A stretch of 64,000 nt of DNA from Alphaproteobacteria bacterium (GTDB taxonomy: Bacteria > Pseudomonadota > Alphaproteobacteria > Paracaedibacterales > VGCI01): the NCBI GenBank assembly GCA_019746225.1, contig JAIESE010000023.1, forward strand, positions 9,117 to 73,116, given 5' to 3'. Positions within the stretch are counted from its first letter, which is position 1. Each line of letters opens with the position of its first letter. Below are positions 20,179 through 31,196 of this stretch, piece by piece. The notes under the pieces were generated by a model, which searched no databases, was not told the origin of the DNA, and saw only the letters and a program-made list of their open reading frames with translations. The translations under genes were made by a program, and so were the position numbers.

Positions 20179-21513
20179 TTACTGATAACGCTTTCGAAAT
20201 TGGGTTGCCCAGGTGAGCTTATTCTCTTGACGTTGCCGGGCAATCGCCATGGCATTGTCCGGAACGTCCTCACTCACAACGCTTCCCGCTGCCACAATTG
20301 CACCCGCGCCTACGGTCAACGGCGCTACAAGACAACTGTCAGACCCAATGTAGGCATCATCGCCGATGGTTGTTGGAGATTTCACAAACCCATTGTGATT
20401 GCAGGTAATCGTCCCTGCCCCAATGTTCACATTTTCCCCAATGGTTGCATTGCCCAAATATGACAAGTGCTTTGCCTTGGTCCTGGCCCCCATGGTTGTG
20501 CTTTTAATTTCAACAAAGTTTCCGATGGTCACCCCATCCCCGAGGATGGTTCCCTCTCGTAAGTGAGCGAACGGCCCGACCGTTACGCCCTGACCAAGAG
20601 TGGCTTTCTCAATATGACATCCAGGCAAAATACGCACCCGATCGCCAACAACCACCCCTTCCCCAAAGGTAACGTTCGGACTGATGGTTACATCACGCCC
20701 AATTATTGTATCATGACTGAAGAAGACACTGGCAGGATCCGTCAAGGTCACACCATTTTCCATAAATTGACGACGCAAACGCGCCTGGAAAGCAGCTTCA
20801 GCTGCCGCCAAGTCAATGCGCGTGTTAATGCCACGCAAAAACTCATAAGGAACTTCAACAACCCAAGAGAGGATATTCTCTTGGCGCGCATGAGCCACAA
20901 TATCCGTCAAGTAATACTCACCCGCTGCGTTCTGTGGCGTTAGGTTGGCAACAAGGCGCTTCAACAAAGCACCCTCCACAACCATCACGCCTGAATTGCA
21001 TAAGGGTATGGCACGCTCAAGCTCAGAAGTATCTCGATACTCAACGATACGGTCCAATTTTCCTGATTCATCCACCACAAGGCGGCCATAAGCACCGGTA
21101 TTTTCCGGGCGCATCCCAACGACGGTAATACAAGGGGAAGGGCGCGCTTCATGTTGAGCCACGACGGCAGATAAGGTATCCGCTTCAAGAAGAGGGGTAT
21201 CCCCACAAAGAATGAGGACGGTCTTAGGTGTCTGTGAAAAGGCCTCAAGGCCTCTTTTGACCGCATCTCCGGATCCGATCGGCTTCGGCTGAACAGCGGT
21301 TAGAGCCGCACGACCGCCAACAACCGCTTTCGCATCCAGCGTTGGCGAAATCACCACAACGGTTTGAGGAGTGCTGTTCGCAGCCTCGATTCCGAGTGCC
21401 GCATCAATCACATAATGAATCATGGGCTTGCCCCCAACGGGGTGCAAAATCTTTGGCAAATCAGATACCATCCGCGTGCCTTGACCTGCTGCTAAAATAA
21501 GCGTTGCAACCAT
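20179..21513 (-). CDS. glmU: Bifunctional UDP-GlcNAc pyrophosphorylase / glucosamine-1-P acetyltransferase
   Basis: ILAAGQGTRM, EYYLTD, hexapeptide repeats, GNFVEIK and KHLSYLG; directly upstream of glmS. Confidence 0.96.
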   Translation of the reverse strand: MVATLILAAGQGTRMVSDLPKILHPVGGKPMIHYVIDAALGIEAANSTPQTVVVISPTLDAKAVVGGRAALTAVQPKPIGSGDAVKRGLEAFSQTPKTVLILCGDTPLLEADTLSAVVAQHEARPSPCITVVGMRPENTGAYGRLVVDESGKLDRIVEYRDTSELERAIPLCNSGVMVVEGALLKRLVANLTPQNAAGEYYLTDIVAHARQENILSWVVEVPYEFLRGINTRIDLAAAEAAFQARLRRQFMENGVTLTDPASVFFSHDTIIGRDVTISPNVTFGEGVVVGDRVRILPGCHIEKATLGQGVTVGPFAHLREGTILGDGVTIGNFVEIKSTTMGARTKAKHLSYLGNATIGENVNIGAGTITCNHNGFVKSPTTIGDDAYIGSDSCLVAPLTVGAGAIVAAGSVVSEDVPDNAMAIARQRQENKLTWATQFRKRYQ

Positions 21514-21798
21514 TATTTATTCCCTAGCGTTAAATACCCTTAAGATTAGTTCTATCATACATAAAGTCCCATAAAGCACCTAAAAATGTGACAAAAGATT
21601 TCAGAAGAACGAGATGATGAGAATTCTGCCAATATTAGGGAGGTAAGACAGCTCAAGCGCTCACTTCATTACAGAATTGGTTGTCTTCCTTCACACACCC
21701 TTAACCATTATTTCGGTACTATATTACAGTATATCTGATTAATTCAGATTTACGAACAACGTCTCTTAAATATTTTACTATAAGGAGGCTACAAATAC

Positions 21799-22116
21799 AT
21801 GACAAACACCCCCATTCGATTGATAAACATCTCAAGAATTTTTATTTTCTTAACTTTATTTCTAAGCCTACCCCCGACCTCAATACATACAAAGGAACCC
21901 TCAGATCCCGAAAAATCTACTCAACTCGCCCGTGGTTTAACCGTCACCGTTACAAATGATGATGACGATTTAGACGAGGCTTTTCGACACATTCATTGGC
22001 ATGAATCAGACAAACTCCCTCCAAGCTCCCTATGGGAATACACAAGCTCCATCGCTACGAGTATTTACAACTTTCTGCCAAGCTTACCGCGCCCTTGGTC
22101 TGGAGGTCAGAAATAA
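21799..22116 (+). CDS. Small hypothetical protein with signal peptide / TM N-terminus
   Basis: ORF 105 aa with GGAGG SD and a hydrophobic N-terminus. Confidence 0.6.
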   Translation: MTNTPIRLINISRIFIFLTLFLSLPPTSIHTKEPSDPEKSTQLARGLTVTVTNDDDDLDEAFRHIHWHESDKLPPSSLWEYTSSIATSIYNFLPSLPRPWSGGQK

Positions 22117-22222
22117 GCGCTGACACCGCTTTAGGGTTTATTTAACCCTTTTTTGTCAGAATAATAGAATCAATCATACGAGGCATTTTTGATGCTCCTG
22201 CCTATCAACTGGAGGAAATACC

Positions 22223-23668
22223 ATGATCCAGAACCATTCTCTTAAACTTCTTGCTTTTATCCTGACCACAACCTCCTTCAGCTCCATCGAAGCTATGGAA
22301 ATGTCAGCAGGCAAAGAAGACAAGCATCATGACCTTGTATTTTCAAGAATGCTGAAAGACCACAATCTCCCTCCACATGACCTGAGAGAAGTCAAAATTT
22401 TTGACATTAATGAGGCTCATGCTGCTCGGTCGGAAGAAATTCACCAAGCCTCTTTAAAGAGAGCTCGCGGTCCTCAAGCATCCTCATCTTGGTTATATTC
22501 TGGGATCACGTATCCCTTTCGTCTCATTGGGGGACTCGTACAATATGTACCAGGGTTTCGAAGCTCTCCTGTTGCACCTCAACCAACCCATCTCACCAAC
22601 GTAGACAAACATGAGTTTGTTTTAGTAGAGAATCCCACAAAACCAAAGAATATCCCTTCTGATGAATCTAATGGGGATTCATGCCCTTCTAAAATGCCAA
22701 AATATCTTGTCTTGTCCATGAATGGGGGTGGCCTTCGGGGCCGATTGGGGGCCTATTGGCTAGATCGATTGAATCAATTCACCAAACAACCAACTTGGAA
22801 AGTTTTTGACCAGATCGGCGGGACCTCTACCGGTGGACTCAAAGCGTTAAGTGTATCGATGAGTTTGGATGGCATAAACCCCGTCAAAAGTGAGGCTGAA
22901 TTATTAGAGATGATGCGCCATGAAGGACCTACCATCTTTCCCGAAAAAGCCTGGTGGAATATCCCCTCAAAACTTTCGTCCTACTATTACAACGAATATG
23001 ACCCGGGTCCCTATGAAAAATTTCTCCAGCGTGATCTGGGCGATACCCTCTACGGGTCTGCTTTAACACCCACAATCGTCACCACCGTTAAACCCATCGA
23101 CAATACAATTTTTATCCTCAATAGCCAAAAACATCCCCTATGCAAAGCGTGGCAAGTGGGTCGATCCACATCTGCTGCACCTACCTACTTCCCTGCATTT
23201 ACCTTGAAGGATGGGCTATTAGCCCCGGTTGAAGTTGTCGATGGTGGTGTCGGCGTCAACGACCCTGCTCTTGAAACCTTATTAGCGTTGAAAGAAAGAG
23301 TTGAGCCGCTGCAATCCATGCCTTTTCACTTTGATCAGGTTACCTTGTTCTCTTTTGGAACAGGTAAGATGCCTGTTGCAAGCCTTCTCCCGGGAAATGC
23401 CGGTGCGCTTCGAGCCGCTGCTCCCGTTGTTGAAATGGCTATGAGCACCCAAGTCTCAGGCATGCATGACACAATGACTGATATCCTAACAAAAGGTAAC
23501 TATTTTTACTTGAATCCAGAACTGAAAACCCCAATCCCTATGGACAGACTCACCAACGAACAGGCCCGAGAATTAGACGATGCCGCTGACGCAGAATGGG
23601 GCAAGAATCAAGAGAGCATTGAAACAAATGAAGTCCTTCGTCGTCGGTTAGAAAGTTTACAAAAATAG
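22223..23668 (+). CDS. Secreted patatin-like phospholipase
   Basis: GGGLRG oxyanion loop, GTSTG (GxSxG), SAAPTYFP and DGG motifs; N-terminal signal ending IEA-ME. Confidence 0.92.
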   Translation: MIQNHSLKLLAFILTTTSFSSIEAMEMSAGKEDKHHDLVFSRMLKDHNLPPHDLREVKIFDINEAHAARSEEIHQASLKRARGPQASSSWLYSGITYPFRLIGGLVQYVPGFRSSPVAPQPTHLTNVDKHEFVLVENPTKPKNIPSDESNGDSCPSKMPKYLVLSMNGGGLRGRLGAYWLDRLNQFTKQPTWKVFDQIGGTSTGGLKALSVSMSLDGINPVKSEAELLEMMRHEGPTIFPEKAWWNIPSKLSSYYYNEYDPGPYEKFLQRDLGDTLYGSALTPTIVTTVKPIDNTIFILNSQKHPLCKAWQVGRSTSAAPTYFPAFTLKDGLLAPVEVVDGGVGVNDPALETLLALKERVEPLQSMPFHFDQVTLFSFGTGKMPVASLLPGNAGALRAAAPVVEMAMSTQVSGMHDTMTDILTKGNYFYLNPELKTPIPMDRLTNEQARELDDAADAEWGKNQESIETNEVLRRRLESLQK

Positions 23669-23785
23669 AAGCAGGATAAATCTTATTGTTGATATATTTA
23701 ATTTTAAATTTATACCAACAATAAACTCAAAATATAATCATTAATTACAGATAAAACACAAATTAATAGATTTTTTTGATTATCT

Positions 23786-23814
23786 ATTGACAAGAATCAA
23801 CTTAGAAACTATAT
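23786..23814 (+). promoter_or_regulatory. Putative sigma-70 promoter of the LRR gene
   Basis: ATTGAC-N17-CTATAT, matching the alphaproteobacterial CTTGAC-N17-CTATAT consensus. Confidence 0.55.
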
Positions 23815-23870
23815 AATCTATAGAAAAAAATTGTTTTTATTATTAAACTCACAAAGTGAAAGGCTTATTT

Positions 23871-24302
23871 ATGTTAAAGAAATTATTTATGACCGTAGCA
23901 ACAACAACCTTCTTTTTGTCCTCTACTTTTACAATGGATGCAGTTGTAGATAACCATGGAAGGCTTGATTTGCAAAATCGCAACCTCACGACTGCTGATC
24001 TCAGCGAACTTCTGCCACGAATTTCGAGTACAGATAAGCTTAAAATTAAAACCCTAGTTTTAAGTCACAACCAGCTAACAACTTTGCCGTTTAAAATCAG
24101 TGAACTCAAAAATCTCGAAGTATTAAACTTATCAAACAACAAATTCACACAAATACCTGATGTGTGTACTGCGAACATTGTCGTACCTGAAGGCGTGATT
24201 AAACTTCTTAAATTAAAAGAATTAGTTTTGGAAGGCAATCCTCTTGTATTGGATCTACAAGACCAAGCTCTCTTCGAATTGGGATATAACCCAATGCATT
24301 AG
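23871..24302 (+). CDS. Small secreted leucine-rich repeat protein
   Basis: LDLQNRNL, LVLSHNQLTTLP, LNLSNNKFTQIP and LVLEGNPL; signal peptide MLKKLF...TFT-MD. Confidence 0.88.
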   Translation: MLKKLFMTVATTTFFLSSTFTMDAVVDNHGRLDLQNRNLTTADLSELLPRISSTDKLKIKTLVLSHNQLTTLPFKISELKNLEVLNLSNNKFTQIPDVCTANIVVPEGVIKLLKLKELVLEGNPLVLDLQDQALFELGYNPMH

Positions 24303-24337
24303 AGAATACAAACAACCCATAATATTTATTATTGTGT

Positions 24338-24370
24338 ATAATGGGGATCTATAAGGTCCCCATTATTTTT
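24338..24370 (+). terminator. Putative Rho-independent terminator
   Basis: ATAATGGGGATCT-ata-AGGTCCCCATTAT stem followed by a T-run. Confidence 0.7.
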
Positions 24371-24544
24371 CAAGTAGCATAATTCAGCTCGAAACAATAC
24401 CTCAAGAACACCCCTCAGGCGTGTGATTGCTATTTTAATTTTCACTTTTTAAATTTTTCCTTACATCCTATAGGTGTAATTTCTCTTGCCCAAATGACGG
24501 CGACACGTTAATCTCTCACTTAATAATAAAAAGGGAGAAAATCC

Positions 24545-26071
24545 ATGGTGGGTCGGGTCTACTCTGTGGCCTTTCAAGGGGTCGAAGTTCTTGAAATTGA
24601 TGTCCAAGTCCAAACGTCCGCAGGGGTTCCCCAGTTCCATATTGTGGGTTTAGGAGATAAAGCCGTCACCGAATCCCGGGAACGCATTCGGGCCAGTTTT
24701 CACACACTTGGCCTTGCCCTGCCCTCCCGACATATTACCGTTAACTTAGCGCCAGCAGACGTTCAAAAAGAAGGGTCGCACTATGATCTCCCCGTGGCTC
24801 TCGGGCTTATGGTGATTATGGGGATCTTAAGCCCCGAAGACATTGCTGACTATACTGCCTTGGGAGAACTTGGGTTAGATGGCTCACTAGCCCCTGTCTC
24901 TGGAATTCTCCCCGCCGCCATCGACACGGCAGCATCAGGCCGTGGGCTCATTTGCCCTGCTGCCTGTGGGAGCGAAGCCGCCTGGGCCGGCGACTTGCTG
25001 ATTCTGGCTGCCCCCAATCTGCTCAGCCTCGTCAATCACTTTAAGGGCACGCAAGTCCTCTCTCCTCCTCAAGCTCGAATTCCTGAATTATCTACAAAAT
25101 CCGCCCTCGATCTCTATGATATTAAAGGGCAAGAGATGGCCAAACGCGCCCTGGAAGTCACCGCTGCGGGCGGACATAATTTACTAATGCTGGGTCCCCC
25201 TGGTGCTGGAAAATCCATGCTGGCGGCACGCCTGCCAGGCATTCTCCCCCCTCTTGATCCTGCAGAAGCCTTGGAAGTCACGATGATCCATAGCTTGAGC
25301 GGCACACTTCCGGAAGAAGGGCTCATTCGCCAGCGCCCCTTTCGGGATCCCCATCATTCTGCGTCCCTTCCCGCCATGGTCGGCGGCGGAATTCGATGCA
25401 AGCCCGGAGAGATTTCGCTGGCTCATTTAGGGGTGTTGTTTTTGGATGAGTTGCCCGAATTTAATCGCCCTACGCTTGAAGCCTTGCGCCAACCGTTGGA
25501 AACAGGTCGTGCGGTCGTTGCCCGTGCCAATGCCCATATCACCTACCCTGCCCGCGTGCAATTGATCGCCGCCATGAATCCATGTCGATGCGGCTATTTT
25601 GGAGATACGCCCCGGGAATGTGCGCGTGTGCCCCGATGTGCGCAAGAGTATCAAAACAAAATCTCAGGGCCGCTTTTGGATCGCTTTGACATCACCATTG
25701 ATGTCCCAGAAGTACCTGCAACAGACTTGGTGGGGAATTCTCCCCGTGAAAGGAGCATCGATGTCGCTACGCGTGTGGCCTTCGCCCGTAATATTCAAAG
25801 AGAGAGGTATAAAAATATGACCCCAAAAATGAGCCTTTTGACAAATGCCGTCGTTGATGGTGACACCCTTCACACAATCGCAACCCCAGATGAAGCAGGT
25901 CAAACCCTCTTAACCCAAGCCATGGAAAAGATGAAGCTTTCCGCCCGCGGCTACCACCGCGTCCTTCGCGTAGCCCGCACGTTGGCGGACCTCGATGGCT
26001 CAGATAGTGTCAAACGCCGCCACATTGCGGAAGCGTTAGGTTACCGGCGCATGCCCATGGTGAAGAGTTGA
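24545..26071 (+). CDS. comM: YifB/ComM Mg-chelatase-like AAA+ ATPase
   Basis: VNLAPAD, GSHYDLP, GPPGAGKSM, FRDPHHSAS, GVLFLDELPEF, AAMNPCRCG and SGPLLDRFD. Confidence 0.93.
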   Translation: MVGRVYSVAFQGVEVLEIDVQVQTSAGVPQFHIVGLGDKAVTESRERIRASFHTLGLALPSRHITVNLAPADVQKEGSHYDLPVALGLMVIMGILSPEDIADYTALGELGLDGSLAPVSGILPAAIDTAASGRGLICPAACGSEAAWAGDLLILAAPNLLSLVNHFKGTQVLSPPQARIPELSTKSALDLYDIKGQEMAKRALEVTAAGGHNLLMLGPPGAGKSMLAARLPGILPPLDPAEALEVTMIHSLSGTLPEEGLIRQRPFRDPHHSASLPAMVGGGIRCKPGEISLAHLGVLFLDELPEFNRPTLEALRQPLETGRAVVARANAHITYPARVQLIAAMNPCRCGYFGDTPRECARVPRCAQEYQNKISGPLLDRFDITIDVPEVPATDLVGNSPRERSIDVATRVAFARNIQRERYKNMTPKMSLLTNAVVDGDTLHTIATPDEAGQTLLTQAMEKMKLSARGYHRVLRVARTLADLDGSDSVKRRHIAEALGYRRMPMVKS

Positions 26072-26230
26072 GATTAGAATTTTAGGCTCGAGCCATAAAA
26101 ACCATTGTGTCTCTTACAGTCAGTTCCCTAAAATCATTTATAAATTTTGATTTCTTTATTGCATGAAATTGTTTTTTTTGCTCTAAGTGATGTGAAGTCG
26201 TCAAGATCGTTAAGAGGTGAGCGCAAAGCA

Positions 26231-27130
26231 ATGGGGTCTGTAAATTTAGCCAGAGACTCAACAAACCAACAGACAGACGAAAAAATTACGTCGGTTTTTC
26301 GAGATGTTGGCCAAGTTCTTGCAGAAGCACGGATAGAACAGAACCTCACCATTGAAGATGTTGCTTCCAAAATACACATTCGACAACAGTATTTGAGTGA
26401 TTTGGAAGAAGGAGATCTTGCAGGACTCCCAGGGCGTGTTTACATTCTTGGGTTTATTCGAACCTATGCGCGCCTTCTGAATTTAGACGGCGAAGAATTG
26501 GTTCGCAGAGTTAACACACTGCCAAATCTACCGGACTATGAACGCAGTCAAGTCCCTTTCACCTCACCATCTGAAGAAGAACCCAATTCTCTTTTCCTCA
26601 TCATATCTGGTGTCCTCATTCTCTTGATTGCCATCGGCGGCTATCTCTTTTTAAGGCCATCCTCAAAAGCCCCTCCTGCATTAGAAACTGCCCTGATTGA
26701 CTCTGTAGGACAACCTGAAGAAAAGGACACACTGACTGTTCCTCTTTTGGAAGAAGAGGTTGAGCCTGCCCAAGTACTGCCCTTACCCAAACCAACTTCC
26801 CCTATTGAATTACCAGAAGTTGGGAGTGCCCACCCCCCCCTTCCAGTTCCTTCCCTATCCGTTAATAAACTCCCCTCCTCAACCTTGAAGAAAATAACGT
26901 TGAAGGCAAGGGAACCTTCCTGGGTTGAAATCCGCGATGAAGCCGGGCGTATCTATTTTATGAAGGTCCTGAAAAAGGGGGAAGAATATGTGTTGCCAGA
27001 AAAACCGGGGTCGATCATCAATACGGGCAACGCCGGCGGCATCGATATTTTTGTAGGCGACCAAAAGCTCCCGCCCCTAGGTGCCCGGGGTGACGTCAAA
27101 CGAGGCATTCGCCTGGAAACCCTTCAGTAG
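26231..27130 (+). CDS. rodZ: RodZ-family cytoskeleton protein (HTH + TM + DUF4115)
   Basis: GQVLAEARIEQ...GFIRTYARLLNLD HTH, one TM helix, and EPSWVEIRD...GNAGG C-terminal domain. Confidence 0.85.
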   Translation: MGSVNLARDSTNQQTDEKITSVFRDVGQVLAEARIEQNLTIEDVASKIHIRQQYLSDLEEGDLAGLPGRVYILGFIRTYARLLNLDGEELVRRVNTLPNLPDYERSQVPFTSPSEEEPNSLFLIISGVLILLIAIGGYLFLRPSSKAPPALETALIDSVGQPEEKDTLTVPLLEEEVEPAQVLPLPKPTSPIELPEVGSAHPPLPVPSLSVNKLPSSTLKKITLKAREPSWVEIRDEAGRIYFMKVLKKGEEYVLPEKPGSIINTGNAGGIDIFVGDQKLPPLGARGDVKRGIRLETLQ

Positions 27131-27235
27131 ACAACCATACGAATAAAGAACGTATCCCAATAAACTTCTTCTTATTAAAATTTTAACGAATATGTGGTGT
27201 GATTTAAGGCAGGATCACTACAAAGGACACCACAC

Positions 27236-29368
27236 GTGAAAGAAAAAGCCTCTAGGTTGGAAGCGGATTGGATGGCTTTGGCGCAAGCTGAGCGTAAAAG
27301 GAATGGCGCAGCGCCAGAGGTTTGGGCAACACCTGAAGGCATTGACGTGAAGCCTCTTTATACAGAAACGGATTTAGAAGACTTATCTAACCTCCACACA
27401 TTACCAGGATTTCCACCGTTTACACGAGGCATCCGGGCAACCATGTATACGGAGCGCCCCTGGACCCTTCGACAATATGCCGGATTCTCAACTGCCAAAG
27501 ACACTAATGCTTTTTTCCGTGAATGCCTTGCAGGCGGTCAACGGGGTCTTTCCGTTGCCTTTGATTTGCCAACCCATCGGGGGTACGACTCAGACCATCC
27601 CCGTGTGGTAGGAGATGTTGGAAAAGCAGGGGTTGCCATCAATTCAGTTGAGGATATGAAGCGCCTCTTTGACGGCATTCCTTTGGATAAAATGAGTGTC
27701 TCCATGACCATGAATGGGGCCGTCTTACCAATTCTCGCCTTTTATATCATTGCTGCTGAAGAGCAAGGAGTGTCGCCAGATCAACTGTCGGGAACCATTC
27801 AAAATGACATATTAAAGGAATTCCTGGTTCGCAATACCTATATCTATCCGCCTACGCAAAGCATGCGCATCGTAGGGGATATTATTGCATATTGCGCAAC
27901 TCATATGCCCAAATACAATCCCATTTCCATTTCCGGCTACCATATGCATGAAGCCGGCGCCACAGCTGTTCAAGAGCTTGCTTACACGCTCGCGGATGGC
28001 CTGGAATATGTGCGCACCGCCCTTTCCAAGGGGTTGAAAATAGATGATTTTGCGCCCCGTTTGTCGTTTTTCTTTGGTATTGGGATGAATTTCTTTATGG
28101 AAATAGCAAAACTGCGCGCGGCACGTCTCCTATGGGCAGAACTCATGGCGGATTTTAATCCCCAAAATTCTCAAAGCTTGATGTTACGCACCCATTGCCA
28201 AACGTCGGGGGTGAGCTTAGCAGCCCAAGATCCCGACAATAACGTTGTTCGCACGACGTTGGAAGCATTGGCTGCCGTTTTGGGGGGCACACAATCTTTA
28301 CATACAAATGCGCTGGATGAAGCTTTGGGTCTGCCCACAACACGTACTGCACGCATCGCTCGTAATACGCAATTGATTCTGGCAGAAGAAACTGGCCTTA
28401 CGAAAGTTGTTGATCCATTGGGCGGCAGTTATTATGTGGAAAGCCTCACCCATAGCCTGGCGGATGCCGCCCGGACATTGATTTCGGAAGTTGAAGAGCT
28501 GGGCGGAATGACGAAAGCGGTTGAGTCAGGTTTACCAAAATTGCGCATCGAAGAAGCTGCTTTGCGTCGACAAATTCAACTTGATGAAGGGGACAACCCC
28601 GTTGTGGGGGTGAATAAATATAAGCTGAATGAGGAAGAAATTCCCGCCCTTTTAGATATCGATACGCAAACTGTACAACGCGAACAGTTAGCTCATCTTA
28701 AGCATCTGAAAATCCATCGAGATCAAGAAGCATGCGCAACGGCTTTGAATGAACTCAAAGAATTAGCGAAATCAGAGAACGGTAACCTCTTGGAGGCAAC
28801 CATTCATGCCGCACGTGTACGCGCGACTCTTGGCGAAATTTCGTCAGCTCTTGAAAGCGTCTTTGGCCGCTATGAAGCACATTCTCAAACCTTAAGTGGC
28901 GTGTATGCCTCGAGTATGCATGAAGAAAAAGACTTAAAAGAAGTCCGAGCCGCCGTTGAGAGGTTTGCAACAAGTCACGGGCGACCCCCGCGATTGTTTT
29001 TGGTCAAATTGGGTCAAGATGGGCATGATCGGGGTTTAAAAATAATTGCAACAGCCTTTGCAGACTGTGGTTTTGAGGTAGAAATTGGCCCCCTATTCTC
29101 AACCCCAGAAGAGGCTGCATCCCAAGCAGTGGCAAAGGATGTCCACATCATTGGGGCCTCTTCCATGACGGCAGGTCATAAGACCTTGATCCCCGCACTC
29201 CTCAAAAATTTGAAAGATTTAAATGCAGATCATATTCAAGTGGTGTGTGGCGGAATTTTACCCACTAAAGATCATAAATACTTGATTCAAAAGGGTGTAA
29301 GTGCCATTTTTACCCCGGGCACACCTGTATTAGGCATCATTAGAGAAGTCCTTGAAAAACTTCGGTAA
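27236..29368 (+). CDS. scpA: Adenosylcobalamin-dependent methylmalonyl-CoA mutase
   Basis: TPEGI, RQYAGF (Tyr of the MCM class), [26 protein letters not shown] and the GQDGHDRG (DxHxxG) B12-binding motif. Confidence 0.96.
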   Translation: MKEKASRLEADWMALAQAERKRNGAAPEVWATPEGIDVKPLYTETDLEDLSNLHTLPGFPPFTRGIRATMYTERPWTLRQYAGFSTAKDTNAFFRECLAGGQRGLSVAFDLPTHRGYDSDHPRVVGDVGKAGVAINSVEDMKRLFDGIPLDKMSVSMTMNGAVLPILAFYIIAAEEQGVSPDQLSGTIQNDILKEFLVRNTYIYPPTQSMRIVGDIIAYCATHMPKYNPISISGYHMHEAGATAVQELAYTLADGLEYVRTALSKGLKIDDFAPRLSFFFGIGMNFFMEIAKLRAARLLWAELMADFNPQNSQSLMLRTHCQTSGVSLAAQDPDNNVVRTTLEALAAVLGGTQSLHTNALDEALGLPTTRTARIARNTQLILAEETGLTKVVDPLGGSYYVESLTHSLADAARTLISEVEELGGMTKAVESGLPKLRIEEAALRRQIQLDEGDNPVVGVNKYKLNEEEIPALLDIDTQTVQREQLAHLKHLKIHRDQEACATALNELKELAKSENGNLLEATIHAARVRATLGEISSALESVFGRYEAHSQTLSGVYASSMHEEKDLKEVRAAVERFATSHGRPPRLFLVKLGQDGHDRGLKIIATAFADCGFEVEIGPLFSTPEEAASQAVAKDVHIIGASSMTAGHKTLIPALLKNLKDLNADHIQVVCGGILPTKDHKYLIQKGVSAIFTPGTPVLGIIREVLEKLR

Positions 29369-29407
29369 AGTAAGGACTTCTCTCTCAACATCTTTAAAAT
29401 TTACCCT

Positions 29408-30163
29408 TCAAAAACGATACGCGAATCTAACCAATGCTGAATAGATGATGGGTCGAAACGACATACTTAAAGAACCCACATTTGGGGGAATTATGACGTC
29501 ATCAGAGGGATTTTGTCGTTTATATTGTATGTTTCTAAGCTCAGCCCCAACAACAAAATGCCCAATGTGCTTTTCAAACCCAAATCCAAACAAAAACCCA
29601 TTGTAACCTCTGGTCCTGTTTATTATGTTTGATAAGGTGGGAGCTGGCTGGTTAGTTAAGACCCTCTTTGTTGTAAATTGGCTGCGGTCTAACCCCAAAG
29701 AAACATAAAGAAAATTATCCTGACAGAATAGATATCCAATTCTGACAAGTCCCCCATAAAAGACCTTACGCAAAATATCCGTCGAATAATATCTGTTGTT
29801 CACTCCCCCCAAGTCGGCCCGAATATCTATGACACTCGAAAGAGAGTTGCCTCTGCCAATGTATCCTTCAATTCCCATCAATACGGGAAGAGGAGGGAAT
29901 TTCCAAAGAAATCCACCAATGGCGGATACCACGCCGTTATTTTCTAGTATCCCTTTACCGGTTGTATACCCTGTTCTGACGGCTCCTTCAGACAATACTT
30001 CTGTTCGCCTCCCCATCAAACGCTCGACGCCCCCTGACATGCCAACATAAAAGAAGATGGGTTTAGAACAATAGGTATTGTCTTGCCATGAATTCGCAGA
30101 AGCATTTCCTATGAGTCCTAGGGATGCGATCATCATCAAGAGAAAAAATATTTTACGATTCAT
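29408..30163 (-). CDS. Outer-membrane beta-barrel protein (Omp25/porin-like)
   Basis: Signal peptide, alternating aromatic/Gly strands (FYVGMSGG, GLVRIGY, GFGFE) and C-terminal YRF. Confidence 0.8.
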   Translation of the reverse strand: MNRKIFFLLMMIASLGLIGNASANSWQDNTYCSKPIFFYVGMSGGVERLMGRRTEVLSEGAVRTGYTTGKGILENNGVVSAIGGFLWKFPPLPVLMGIEGYIGRGNSLSSVIDIRADLGGVNNRYYSTDILRKVFYGGLVRIGYLFCQDNFLYVSLGLDRSQFTTKRVLTNQPAPTLSNIINRTRGYNGFLFGFGFEKHIGHFVVGAELRNIQYKRQNPSDDVIIPPNVGSLSMSFRPIIYSALVRFAYRF

Positions 30164-30383
30164 GGAACCCCCAACATTAATTTAAAAATATACTAAAACT
30201 TTATCTTATTAGTTTATTAACGAACAACCAGTCTGTAAAGGGGGAAGGTCTTACAATCTTCTAATTTCATAAAAATCTATCAATCATTAACGCTTTTTTT
30301 ACATACCATAGCCTACGCTTAAAGAAAGCAGTAAGTAACGCTACGCGCATGGTCTAATTAAAAAACGAGATGGATTCTTAATC

Positions 30384-31160
30384 ATGGACTCACAAAGACT
30401 TTCAAATGCAATCATCATTGCCTCTGGTAAGGGAGGTGTTGGCAAAACCTGGCTTTCTATAAATCTGGCTCAGGCTTTGAGCCATCAAAGCAAACGAGTC
30501 CTGCTATTTGATGGAGACCTTGGTTTAGCCAACGTCGATATCCAGCTCGGTTTAAACCCAAAACGAGATATAACGAGCGTCCTTAAAAGAAAATGCACAT
30601 TTGAAGAAGCCATTTTGAACTATAAACCTGATAAGAATCATCAATCGTCTATCGACATTATTACAGGCCGTACGATTGATGGTGTTTTTACAAACGTTTC
30701 TAAGAATGGTATTTTGACTTTGAGGGATTCATTGACCACCGTTTCCCCAAATTATGATCATATGATTCTCGACTTAAGTGCGGGGCTAGATCAAATTATT
30801 CAGGAGTTTTCTCTTTTTGCCAAACAATGCTTGGTGGTCGTCACGGATGAACCAACATCTCTTACAGATGCTTATGCGTTTATTAATGTAACAAGCCATC
30901 GCAATCCCGATCTGCCACTTCATATTGTGGTGAACATGGCAGAGTCAGAGACTCATGGTCAGCAGATTTATGGAGAACTGATGGACTCCTGTCACCATTT
31001 CCTCAAAAAGACACCGCCTTTAGTCGGCATCATCCATCGAGACCATTGTGTGCCAGAGAGTATTTTAAAACAAAAGCCAACTTTGACGCGTCACCCTACC
31101 AGCCAAGTCGCGCAAGACATTGAACGCCTTGCTGAGAAACTGATAAAATTAAAAGAGTAG
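30384..31160 (+). CDS. MinD/ParA-family ATPase, FlhG/FleN-like
   Basis: SGKGGVGKT deviant Walker A, FDGDLGLANVD and TDEPTSLTDAYA. Confidence 0.88.
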   Translation: MDSQRLSNAIIIASGKGGVGKTWLSINLAQALSHQSKRVLLFDGDLGLANVDIQLGLNPKRDITSVLKRKCTFEEAILNYKPDKNHQSSIDIITGRTIDGVFTNVSKNGILTLRDSLTTVSPNYDHMILDLSAGLDQIIQEFSLFAKQCLVVVTDEPTSLTDAYAFINVTSHRNPDLPLHIVVNMAESETHGQQIYGELMDSCHHFLKKTPPLVGIIHRDHCVPESILKQKPTLTRHPTSQVAQDIERLAEKLIKLKE

Positions 31161-31196
31161 CTTCAAAATCACTTGAAGCTACTCCTTCGTCATATT

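Noticed and set aside
22223-23668. Patatin as a CBASS CapV effector
   Set aside because: No CD-NTase or other CBASS genes are adjacent, and the protein has a signal peptide.
23683-23724. Long AT-rich inverted repeat after the patatin gene
   Set aside because: Weak, almost all-AT stem; I cannot distinguish terminator from operator or chance.
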